Below are positions 23,561 to 41,306 of a DNA stretch of 64,000 nucleotides, piece by piece. Source of the DNA: Blasia pusilla. Taxonomy: Eukaryota. Every line of letters begins with the position of its first letter. Positions within the stretch are counted from its first letter, which is position 1. Both the position numbers and the translations under genes were made by a program. A model generated the notes under the pieces. The model did not search any database and was not told the DNA's origin. It saw only the letters and a program-made list of their open reading frames with translations. Where the stretch lies: assembly GCA_050084515.1 (NCBI GenBank), contig CM114271.1, positions 31,744,001 to 31,808,000 of the forward strand, given 5' to 3'.

Positions 23561-26028
23561 TGTTGTGTACTCTCATGTCTCTGTTTTGTCTGTACCTTGG
23601 CCCTTGATCTTTGTTGAAGCTCAAGTGAATTACATACGTTTCAATTCTCCTTCTTATACTGATCAGAGATGGAGATATTACTTTTCCATGTGCATGTAGC
23701 ATGCACAGAGCCTCTATGATTTTTTTTTAAAACTCTGATTGCACCTTACCCTAAAAGTTGGCTCAACATAACTACTTGGGAAGTTAACATGGATATCTTT
23801 TATGGTGATGAAACCATCTAAAACCTTTATAATTGAAGATATTGATCGTTCTCAAGTATGTGCACCCCTTAGATGTTCATCATGCTCTCTGATATTCTGA
23901 TATACGATGAGGTATGAGCCAAAATGTGAATTTCATTATGATGCCTTCTGCATGTCATTCGGCTTGTCAAGAAAAGGCGATCCAATAGAACATGGGAAGA
24001 AGAGGAGAATGAAGAAGAGGTAACACTTGAATTCTTACAAAATGTCCAATAGCTAGTGAGTTTGTGGGTCTTATTGTTGATCTTAAGAGTTGGAAAATCA
24101 CTACATTTTGCACAGAAGGAATAGTAAATTGGCCGTGGAACTTCTTTCATGCATTTCAATATTTTTCTTAGAGTTGAAGCAATCTTGATGCATCAGTATG
24201 GCTATGTAAGGAAATAAGGATAAATGTATGATCTTGTTAATTGTGTAGTTGGCTAGAATTCTCTCCTAGGAGATACTATTTTGTTGGAAATGTACTATGT
24301 TGGTGGCTTTGAATGGAGCAAGTTGGCTCTCACTACTCATTATTGGTTATGGTAGGCAACAAATGAGCAAGCCAAGATCTTATGGTTACATGTGAGGGAA
24401 AAAGTGGCATAGATGGCAATGAACAGGATTCTTGTGGTTCAGTGGGAAATGTCATCTATAATAGCATGTAGGTGCTACACTATACTAGTTTCTTGATAGA
24501 TCGCTATCTTTTTTATATAGTTTCTTGATAGATCCTAGATCTTGATAGATCGGACTTAAGTTCTTGTCGACTACAATTTTTGAACAACCGCCACCCAGGT
24601 TTGTGTGTTCATGTCCAGTGAGTTGCCTATGGCACTTAGGCTTCCTTGGGGACCAGCCGTTTGCTACACTTTTATGTGGTTGTCGACGGAAGATGTCTTA
24701 AGCCAATGAAGGAGTAGGCATCTTGGGGAGTCTAGAGACATTCAAGAAATGGAAAAGTTGTCATTCTAGTGATGCTTTCCTTTAGGATTCAGGGCTTTGA
24801 GAACCCACTTGCTGCCTTGCGTGTGAATGTAGACTAAAGTTTGGCTCACGGTAATGCGTTTAAGGTGGGTGCATGGGGAATGTGTTGTTGGAGTCAAGAC
24901 ATAATGCATATGCATTTCTCATGTCAAGATTTACAATCTGCCATTCTGGAATTGCTTGTGGGCTTTAGGCATTCAAGGTGGATCCATGGGGAATTTGTCT
25001 TGGAGTCTAGATAGAGTGCATATGCACCTCACAATATTCACATTCTACCATTCCGCAATTGGATGAGGGTTTTGGGATGGGCAGTTGTGAGGATTGACCC
25101 TTTCGTTGTTCTCTGATGTGAATGTTGAGTGAAGGTAGGCTTGTGACGGGAACTTCGAGGCGAGGAAGGGAAATTTGTGCTTAGACGAGAACTAGGAAGC
25201 CACACGAATGGCTTGAATGATCTACACGGTATTGGTAGCATTAGGACTTAATGGAGGGTTCTCTTTTCTTGGATGTAAGAGAGAAGCCAACCGCCAAGTC
25301 ATTCATATGTAGGAAGGAGTCATTCGGATGTAGGGGTTGTCATGGATACAAAATGGACTCTAAATGCCAATATGATGTAAATATTTTTGTGAGCAATAAA
25401 GAAACCCTGTAATACATGAAAGACTGAGTTTTTTTGTGTTACTTACTTTTCATATTGTTTGTCATATAATAGAATTGTAAATGATATAGACAAGTCATTT
25501 TCATGACTCATAGTCATTCTTTTGTGACTCGTCAAGTAATTATTTATTATTTAGAGAAGTCATTCAAAGTCATTCTTTATGACTCATCAAGTCATGCTTT
25601 AATACTTGTCAAGTCATTGTTTATGACTCGTTCAGTCACTCTTAATGATTCGTCTAGTCACATTTTATGACTAGACGAGTCATTTTTATGACTCATCTAG
25701 TCATTGTTTATGACTTCACCGAGTCTTAAACAATCACTAAGGGAAGTTGTATTCAGCGACTATGTCTAGTATAAAAAATGAGACTCAGATATGACTACCC
25801 TCGGTTTCAGTAACAACTTATACGACTAGGAGTAATTTTTATGACTATAGTCTGGTTAAGTATTTACTGAGTCTCATAGCCCTGATTTGAGTAACATCCA
25901 GTCATTTTTTTGAGTCATCTAGAGGGGGGTTTTCTACTAGTGAGATGTGAAGGTCCCTCCTAATGTGCAACGGGATCTCTAAAACAGGGTACTTCTAGAA
26001 ACTAGACAAAGAGGGGAAGGAATATCGA

Positions 26029-26200
26029 CACTAGAAGGAAATACCCAATTTTATGACTAATACCTAATGACTCAAAAGCTTTTCATGACTCTTGGAGTCA
26101 TTATTAATCCTTTTACTTCATATAGAGTCATTCATTTAGTCATGGAGGGCATATTGGGTCATTGTTATCTAGTCAAGGTTTTTAAATAAGTGGGAGTTAA
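26029..26200 (+). mobile_element. Left end of a second CACTA element (right end not identified)
   Basis: CACTAGAAGGAAA followed by ATGACT/AGTCAT subterminal repeats. Confidence 0.65.
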
Positions 26201-26714
26201 AAGGGATGACTCCCATTTGGATTACGTGGCATGATGATGTGGCCGGTAGGGTTTGTGGTTTCGCGCCAAGAGCCCAAGATTTCCCTGAGGGTCGAGAAGG
26301 AGGGTTGTGATGATATCGAGGCTCCCGAACTATGGGAGAAGAGAGTGAGGAGATATAGTCGATATGGAGCGCACGGCGAGACTTTTTTACAACATGTGGC
26401 AATTTTGAAGGTGTAGAAAGAGGGAGAGGGTATCATGGGCAATAAGATGTGGTGGATTGGGAAAGAAAATCAAGCCCTCTTTTTGCCCTAAAAGGTAGGA
26501 AAAAATGCGAAGAAGAAACAATTGTGTGCTCTATGGATGTGGTGCGCATTGTTTAATCTTTGGCACTTTTTTATGTTGTTGCCAAAGGAAGCAAGACTGA
26601 AGAACATTTCCTTGGTACTCTTTCATCTCTCCTCACCCACACTCTTGCACATTTTCTAATAGTCTCTCTCTTTGTGGATGAAAAAAAGGCATGTTCATTG
26701 AAAAATCCTGTTGC

Positions 26715-26715
<1 letters not shown>

Positions 26716-26805
<90 letters not shown>
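26716..26805. repeat. (CT)n microsatellite
   Basis: Pure dinucleotide run. Confidence 0.97.
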
Positions 26806-26807
<2 letters not shown>

Positions 26808-26907
26808 TGCCTTGCATGCATCCTCGTCTAGCTCAGTTTGTTATTAATGTGGGGAGCCAGTTCTCTAGGATTCTCTCGTTCTAATGGTAACAAGATGTAA
26901 TCCGTAG

Positions 26908-27004
26908 GCGTACAAGCAGCACTTGAATACGATTATAGGAGATGTCGAGGAGGTGATAACGTTTGTGGAAATTGATGATAAAACTAATGAAGAAATTGTT
27001 TTGG
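26908..27004 (+). pseudogene. LSM3: Isolated internal exon of Sm-like protein LSM3
   Basis: TAG|AYKQHLNTIIGDVEEVITFVEIDDKTNEEIVL|GT resembles LSm3 'A(F/Y)DQHLNMILGDVEE..T.VEIDDETYEEIV'. Flanking exons not seen. Confidence 0.82.
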
Positions 27005-27243
27005 GTATTGCACGTACCCTCTAGTTCTCTAATTGCCTCTGGTACAGTTTTTTCAAAGTCAGACACATCTCACTTTCTCCCCATCCCACCCAACCTACTT
27101 GACATTTGCTTCGTAATACTCTAAGGCTGATATCCCGCTCCTTCTCAGACTGACATTCTTTGTAGTCTTGCATGTATAAAATGGAAAGGAATTTGGGCGT
27201 ACATGTTCTTGCGGAAGCTGTTTTGGCAAACGAGAGCTTGCCT

Positions 27244-32911
<5,668 letters not shown>

Positions 32912-33029
32912 AAAGAAAGAATACTACCGACCACCTTGTTGTGTGAAAAATGAAAGTGTTTGAGACTAGCAAGCGCTCTCAATGGAAGCTCACCTCCATT
33001 CTCATTCCCGTTTAGATTTATCTGCTTTA

Positions 33030-33632
33030 GGCTTGCTGCATTTGACTAGCTCAAAAATCTACGATTTTTGAAACTATCTGGTATGATAGATTTGGTGGGA
33101 ACGATCCCTGATGAGATAGGAAACTCTAGTAGCTTGCAAAATGCGGACTTCTCATACGGCAATTTGACAGGCTCTATTCCTTCATCTCTCTTCAAGTTGA
33201 AACAACTGAAAAATGTCAGTCTGAGCAAGAATAAGTTGAGCGGCAGTTTGGATTCCATCTTTACGACTTCATAATTTATCTCTAGATGATAATGATTTTC
33301 ACGAGAATATTCTAGAGTTATTTGGTAATCTGTCAAATCTTATTTCTCTAAAAGCGTCGAGGAATCAGTTTGATGGAGAGTTTTGACCTTCTTCTTTTCC
33401 AGGGCTTATAAAATTGAAGGGACTCAAGTCACTCAACGTTTCCGAGAATAGGCTTACGGGAAAAATTTCCACCAAATTTAGAAGGCTGATTGCTCTACTA
33501 ACATAAGTACTGAATAATAACTCCCTTACTGGACCGATTCTGGGAGAACTCTTCGACTGCCATAAGCAGCCTTCTCTATGACTTCATAACAATCGGTTGA
33601 GTTTTGAAATTCCACGGGAAATTGGGAACCAG
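33030..33632 (+). pseudogene. Plant extracellular LRR (RLK/RLP-type) gene fragment
   Basis: Repeats LVGTIPDEIGNSSSLQNADFSYGNLTGSIPSSLFKLKQLKNVSLSKNKLSG, LKSLNVSENRLTGKI and NNNSLTGPIL, with stops and frameshifts. Ends at CAG|GTA. Confidence 0.88.
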
Positions 33633-33699
33633 GTATTTCTAGAAGTCTGGAAATTTTTATTTTGTAATCACACATTTTAATCTATGCATATACATTATC

Positions 33700-35870
33700 T
33701 ACGTACCTGGTGCCAGATAGTCAAATCCATCCTTCCTTCTGTTGCTTCCATCTGAAGGAAACAAATGACTTCTCCTAGATGTGTCATTCTCAACTCCTTC
33801 TTCATCAAGTCCTCAACAAATTTTAGCAATGGTGTACAATCGCTAATGAGTCTAGCTTCATCTGTGCATCAAGCCAATTGAGCAAAAGTTTCTTGCTTGT
33901 TCACAATGTGGACATTTGTTTCATTATGACATCTTCAAAATCCTTCTTTGATCCGAAAACTATCCATCATTTGATGACAGTCTTGGTGAATGTTTGAGTC
34001 AATAAATAGACTTGTGCAGTCTACATACTTGATCTTGGCAAGCAAGATCTGATATCCCCTTAGTCATCTCCATGTATCTTCCTCTTCAAGTATTTACCGT
34101 TTAGAAATGTTGTCTTTACATCCATCTAATGTGCTTCAAGATCAAACTGTGCTGCCAAAGCAAGCATAGCTCGAATTGAAAATTGTGTTGACTATAGGGG
34201 AGGATGGCTTGGTGTAGTCCACACCATAAATATGTGAGTAGCCTTTTGAACCTAATCTACCTTTGTACCTTTCAATGCTCCCATCTGCCTTATACTTGAT
34301 TTTGAAAACCCATTTACATCCCAAGGCCTTTCTACTTTATGGGAGTGAGGTGAATGACCATGTGTTAACAATTCAACTTCATGGATTCATGCTCTTCCTC
34401 CACTGCATCCCTCTAGTGAACTTCTTGTTGCACAAAGAGCGTCTTTATAGGTCTTGGGTTCTTCAATATGGACATTCTTCTCTAATTGACTCAATAACAC
34501 ACGAGTCAACTTCTCCTTCTCTACATTCCTTGCCTACAATTCTTGATGTGCTGGATCATATTTCTGGACTTGCCTTGAAACCCTTTCAGATCTTCTTGGT
34601 CTAGGTCTTGCTTCTGTTGGAACTGTTGTTGGATTCTATGTGAACAATCCGTGGCTCCATCTGAACTTGCTCTAGTGCAACATCAATAAGTGTGTTATAT
34701 TTTGGAATCACATTAGCACTTGTACTAGTGCTTGGAGTGATAATACTTGGTGATTGTATATCTACTCCTCCAGTGGTCGTCCATGTTGGAGCTAGTAAGG
34801 ATCCTACCAAAATTGTTCCCCAAACCTTCACAAACTCAAACAAGGTATCTTTGTCCTTCTCTTCACACTATGAGCATATGCCATGTTGCCCTCCAGGAAT
34901 TTTACATCCCTAAAGGTAATGATAATCTTGTTGAATTTCTTCTGCAACCTGTATGCTTATCTTTGCTTGTCATAACCAAGAAGAGTAACTTCTTTTGATT
35001 TTACATCTGCTATTGTTACCCCAACTTTGTATTTTAAGGTATAACAACAATTCTTGATTATGATATGTCCTCCTATTTGATCAAACTGATCCACTGAAAA
35101 TAGATTCTTCTTGAGACTAGAGACAAACAGCATAGCCGAGACTACAGTTTCTACTCCATTCAAATGCTTGATGCACACAGACCCTGGTCCTTGAATAGGC
35201 TAGGATGTATCATCTCCCAAATATATGACTAACTGTTGATCTGCATTTCTTACTTGAAACGTGTGCTGAGGTAGTGAGGCATATGCTAAGTAGCTCCTTT
35301 ATCCACATATCAAGCTGTATCTAGAGTATTTTAGGCATTCATTGCTATTGCGTAGAGTTGAGACTCAAAAATATTACTCTACTATAGTTTCTGCAGTATT
35401 CTAGGATAGTTCTTGAACATGTTTCCTAAGTGCTTACAATAGAAACAGGGCATTGATATGATAGAAATTCTTCTAGCAGAGGAGACTAGAAGGTAGAGGA
35501 AGGTAGAGGAAACTTTGCATTGAATCTTTTCTTCACACCATTACAAAGTTTTGTTGATGACTCAACACCCCCATCCATATTTTTCAGGCCTTTATAAATT
35601 TGAGGCATGCTATGCATTAGATCTGACACGTTCTCTTCCGCATTGATGTTAGTCCCAACAACTATCAGTTGATCTAGAATGGATGTTATGCGGTTAATGC
35701 TAGACTAGAGAACTACAAATGCCTCTCATCTATAAACACTTCAGATCTGTTGTTTACTTCTCAATGCAGCATCTTCCATGCTCAACGTAGAATGTTCCCT
35801 ATTTTCCTCAATTCTGACTACACTTCAGATCGGTTGTACTCAAGGAACCAGAACCTATTGTAGACTAATT
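33700..35870 (-). mobile_element. Decayed, internally deleted Ty1/Copia remnant
   Basis: RT motif GCKWVFKIKYKADGSIERYKGRL..KGY…GVDY (34142-34324) and pre-integrase LFVSSLKKNLFSV (35000-35170). Gag-like remnant lies upstream. Confidence 0.8.
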
Positions 35871-38800
35871 AACATTGAGTAGCTTTGAGAAGTATCATCT
35901 CAGATAGCATCATGTTTGATAATAAGTACACAATCTGGGTTGACGTAATGTGACTTTGGCGTGATAAAGTGAATTCAACAACTTTCGAGTTAGTAGCCAT
36001 TGCTGATATGCTTTGAATGCAACCTATTTATGGAAGGATTTAGGGTATATAGTCTCCAAATAAGGGCTGGTAGGATACAGAGTGTGGCAAAATATTCTGG
36101 TCTTAGTTAATAGCACTATTGGCTAGGACTCTTACTTTGTGTATTAGACAACAAAAGATCTACTTGTGTCTATTTAGAAACTCTGTAAGTTTAACTTGAT
36201 CTAAAGCAGAAAGTATTTAAACACATTGGATGTGTTTTGCATGTGAAGAAGATAAAGAAGGCAAGTTCATAGGAACGCTAAAGTCTAGCCATGTTTCTAA
36301 ACTATGTTGAAGAATACACATCCTGCATTCTCATATTCTCGATGATTGGCATTGCACAACTTATTTATCATGTTTATATGTAGCCTAAGAGAGCTTGCTC
36401 ATTGTATCATGAATTTTGTGCAAAGTAGACCAAATAGTGACCCTAGATTTCATTCCAATGCAGCAACTTTGGACAAAGAATTAGGGCTACACCAAAATGT
36501 GTTAAACAATTCTAGCATTACCACCTTAGAAAATTAAACATATGCTTTTGCTATGGTGTTGTGAATTTTTTGCAGGAGACCAAGTAGTTTCATGGCTTCT
36601 TCTATATTGTTGTGCTTGCCCACTACTTTGGTTTTGGTATCCACTAATGGTTTCTCATCTTGCTCCCATAGTTCAGGCCCTATATAGAGAGAGAATGAGA
36701 CTATACTCAAATGGTAGTGCATAACAGAGTGTGAGTACTCACACTATCAATTCCGGTGTCACTTGCTTACCAATATTAGCATATGCTCTTGCTTTCTTGC
36801 TCTTTGTGTTATGAATTTGTGCAAGAGCCTTAGTAGTGACCATAGATTTCATCCCCAAAATATCTCAAGGTGCAAAAGTTTAGTTGTGTTCCCATTTCTT
36901 CTTCCATGTTGTTCTGCTATGACTGCTTCACCATTGCTTTGGTTATGGGTTTCACAAGTAGAGATGGGCCCCTCATAGGTTGCTGGTGCTAGTTGATTTT
37001 GATGGTAAGGTGATAACCATGCTTCATGTTTAGAGAGGAGGATGAAGACATATAGAAAAGAGTGTAAATGGAAAGACTTTGAGTGATCAACCTCAAAAGT
37101 CTACAATTCAATTGGCTCTAGAAGAGGAGGAGATTAAGTTAGAGAAAATCGTGCAATTTGAAGAAAATTTTAGGAAGCAAGAAGAAGAGTCTGCACAACA
37201 TTACATTCATGAGGCTATTGTTCCTCTAGAGGAGAAACAAAGATGGCTTGAAGAGGCCAAAGCAATGGCTTATTGGCAGGAATGTACTTGGGAAAAAGTA
37301 TGTGCAGCCTATACAAAGCGTACAAAATCGGAGGACGAGTGGTTGCACATAAACCTTAAGGATTGGTCTCCTAAGAAGTAAGTTTGTTTTAAAAAATACA
37401 CGATGCTTAAATAAGGAGTAGTCTCATTTCATGTTTGTAGATGTTAGACATAACAATCATTGAAATTGATTGGATAATGTATGTATCTTGTGGTGTTGCA
37501 ATTGACAAGTGGAGCTTCTAGTCTGTGAAAAATATACAGGTACTTTCATTCTCTTATAATTCTATCAAAATCTGAAATTGATAAATGTTTAATTCATTGA
37601 AATCATAAAACTCCATATGATCAATAGAGCTAATCATCATTTTCTTTTCTATTTTGTGGTTCATTAGGAGCTCTACATCCCCTACTGACTAGCCAAAATC
37701 ACCATGAGCCAAACGTTGAGCGCTAGAAAGGGTAGACAACCACTTAATCATCCGGATAGAATTTTATGACATGACTTCAAACTTTGGCGCCGAGAGCAGG
37801 CTCGGGCTAGAAGGGATGGTATAAAGTGAGTTAGGTGTCCTTGTAGTGTATGCAAAGGACAAAGAAGTTCCTTGCCCAAAGTGGAGGAGCGTAAATGAAA
37901 AACCCAACGTTTCTCTCTGCGTAGATTATGGAAAGGTAGAGAAGAATGGGACTCATCTGATGATGAATGGTTGAAACAAGATGAGCATGAGAGAATAGTA
38001 CATGAAGTCATTGTCATGAATTCTGCTAAACCTTTGAATATGCACGCCTATGATGGGCCAATAGATCTCACCAAATCTCAACCTCTAGCATATCAAGAAG
38101 GCGTAGATAACAAAGTTGATGTGCATAGAATGTTGAATGACGTTTTTTTCCCAATACAATGATCTTCATGACGAAGAAGGCATATCGGATAGGGGGGAAA
38201 GAGAGGGGAACGATGATCAAGATGACATGGATGAAGACCCTAGAAATGTAGACGAAGAGATGGCTGATGCATGTAAGCCTCTTTATTTCGGTGCTAGAGT
38301 AATAATGTTGGCATTTTTTATGCAGCTATTTAATATTGCAGGAACACATAATTTACCCAAGGTAGCTATAGATGAACTTTTGAAGTTGCTTGGGAAGCAT
38401 GTCCTACCACTCGGAAACAATGTGCCGCAAAGTCATCATGTAGCTAAGAAACTCATGGTGAAGTTGGGGTTGAGTTACGATACCATCCATGCTTATCCAC
38501 ATGGTTGCGTTTTATTCTAAGGGGACTACCACGCTCTTAATCAATTTCCAAAGGGCTATGCATAAAGATTTAGATAAGTTGGAAAGTCATTGATATCTTG
38601 CAAAGTTCTTCGTCATTTCCCAATCATTCGTAGATTACGACGCATGTTTAGATCCAAAATCTTGTCTGAGTTTATGTGTTGGGGTCCTCTTAACCAAAGC
38701 AGAGATGGTTAAGTTCGACATATAGCAGACTCTAGGGCTTGGAAGCATGTAGGCCATATATATCCTGATTTTAGGAGTGAAGATAAATTGTAGATTTGGA

Positions 38801-39765
38801 TTAGCATTAGATGGGGTGAATCCATTCTCGGAGAAGGCGAGTTCATGGTCAACTTAGCCAATGTATTAGTGAATTAAAATTTACCTCCTTGGTTGCAAAC
38901 AAATTTTTTTTTTTTCCAGTTGGCTTTGATCATCACTCGAAAAGAGTGTCAATAGCGAGAACATTGACACTTTGTTGGCTCCCATAGTAGAGGAGTTTGC
39001 AAAGTTGTAGGGAGGTGTTGATTTCCATGATGTGAGGAAATTGGATGGACATAAGAAATTCACCTTCAAAGCCTTGATTTTCTGGACCATCAATGACTAC
39101 CCTGCATATGGGTTGATCTCAAGACAAAGCCATGGTGGAAAGCTAGCCTACACAGTGTGTGGGCCTCAAGTAGATTCCGACTTCTCTAAGGACTGTGGCA
39201 AACCAATATGTCTTGGTCATTGTCGTTATCTCAAACAAAACCATCATTGGTGAGGGAGGAAGTATGGATCATTTTCAATGGGAAAGGAAAGTCTAGGCCA
39301 CCTCCCACAAGGATTACAACAATGGAGCATACTCAATGGGCAGAGGATAAACAAAAATACCATGAGAGAGGGGATAGAGAAGATAGTCCTGATGACCCTT
39401 ACAAGAAAATCGGAGTAAAGCCTAGAGGAATCCTATTTTCATTGCCCTATTGGGAAGTATCCTACTTGATTATAAGTTTTTGCATTATGTAAGGAAGCTG
39501 TTTTTTTATTTTATTTTATGGAAGTACACTAGATATTTCCTCAACTATATCTAATTTGATAGCATTTATTGATTTGATATACCTTAGATGTCATGCATGT
39601 AGAGAAGAATATTTCTAAAAGTGTTGTGAAAAGACTGTTTGGGATACATGATACAGTGAAAGTGAGGCAAGATATGGAAAAAAGACAAATCCGATCCCAC
39701 TTATGGCTTAAACCTCACCCTTCTAGAAATGGAGGTACTGTCAAACTTATAGCCAACTATGTTCT

Positions 39766-40210
39766 TGTAATGTCTAAGTGTTTCTTATTTACAGTCAATT
39801 GTAGAGTTCGATCCCCAAGAGGATCATTGTTGGATGAAAAGAGAGTATAAGATGATGATTATGTTGTAAAAGGGTAATTGATTATGTAATTCAATTGTAG
39901 TATTCTAGTATCAGCTTCCGATCCTTCTTAGTACCTATGTTTTCTTCTTCAATTCTCTTGAGTGGAGTTTAAAGGACGCTCAGGCAATTTGTTCTCTCAT
40001 CATCTTGGAACCTCAACGAGACCTCAAGAATAAAGCTGGCTTCTCCTACTTTCGGAACTCAATCCGTCGGGGCAGGTTACTCTCTGTCAAACAGATTTCA
40101 TACAACTTTATATTGATAATTCCATTGATGAGAAAGGTGCGCCTGATTCACTCTTCACTCGGCAGACCCAAAAAGAATGTTCAGACATAAGCATCGCACA
40201 TCAGAATGAA
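39766..40210 (-). repeat. Truncated 3' LTR (445 bp)
   Basis: Matches 47429-47873 with about 8 differences, then switches abruptly to internal sequence. Confidence 0.92.
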
Positions 40211-41033
40211 AAGGGTCCAAAAAGAATAAGGGCGGGGTGACTTCGTGGCTACCCCTGGTACTAGTTGCGCCTTTCCGTGGTAGTCGGACGGGGGTCACTT
40301 GCGTCCAATCTAACGCCTCCTCTGCGGTCAATTCCTGCTTGTGAATATAAAGGTGAATCAAGAAAGGAGAGAGGAAGGACTTTGTGCTTGGATGAAGCAC
40401 ATCCACCATTCCTTGTACATGCCCGTCCACAAAAGCAGCAAAGTCGACTCTTGGGGCTTCGAGGTCGAGGTGTTGATTCCAGATAATGTAACACATCTTC
40501 AAGATCTTGTTCGTCAGATAGTAAGAACGAGCGGGATAAAACAGGGTCATCAGATGTTTGCAAAACTAACCAAAGACGGGCGAAGAGAGTGACGAAGCCT
40601 TGTAGCCGTTCCTGCCCAGGCGCTCAGACGTGACACAACCGAGTGCTAAAAGATCTTCATGTTTGACGAGCACCTCCGTGTCATACTCGTACTCTGGCGC
40701 AGCCGGGAGCAGATAAGTTGCTCTCCAGTCGTCCGCCGTCCAGTGTTGGGGCTGAGCTCGATACCGAAGACCCTTCTTTCAAAATTTGGCGACTGCAGAC
40801 GCCGAGCGAAGCTCGCCCAGGAGTTCTCCTGATGTTAGAGTCCAGTTGGCTTGAAAGAAAGTTGCCAACGATCTCTCCTCCAGCGCTTCGATCAGCTCCG
40901 GTGATAGCTTGACCGTCGACATCGCCGCGCTTTGCAGAATGGGTGTGGCGTCTTCGCGAGGCATGTTGCTAGGTCGATCTCGATGGACACCGCGCTTTGG
41001 CCTGCTACGCAACTTCGTGGTGATCCCGTCCAT
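40211..41033 (-). pseudogene. Additional ORF downstream of pol (function unknown), with two in-frame stops and a truncated 3' end
   Basis: ORF-track pieces 40779-41033 and 40155-40550 share one frame, and the stretch between them reads through apart from TGA 40779 and a TAG near 40566. Confidence 0.65.
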
Positions 41034-41306
41034 GAAAATACCCGCTTAGGTACGCCAGACTGCTCTTATAGTCCGCTCCCCCCTCGTCCGTTCTTGGTCG
41101 TGGCGCTGGGGCTGTAACAAGAAAGTAGGCGCTTCGCGGCTTCGCCACGCTTCCCCTTCCTATGTTCCTGCGCTTCGCTGCTTCGCGAAGCATGGGCTGT
41201 CTGGAACCTCGGTGCTTCGCTACTTCGCGAAGCACTGTATATCTTGAACTTCTGTGCTTCGTGACTTCGCAAAGCACGGGGCGTTCGCCTACCCCTTCCT
41301 CATGTT

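Larger units (their letters stand above)
19572..25942. mobile_element. Complete non-autonomous CACTA (En/Spm) element, 6371 bp
   Basis: 13-bp TIRs CACTAGTAGAAAA…TTTTCTACTAGTG, 3-bp TSD AGA on both sides, and dense TGACTC/GAGTCA subterminal repeats at 19610-19710 and 25490-25920. No transposase. Confidence 0.92.

Noticed and set aside
37079-37381. Coiled-coil ORF as a host gene
   Set aside because: Stops immediately upstream and no recognisable domain; it may be CACTA-associated but cannot be assigned.
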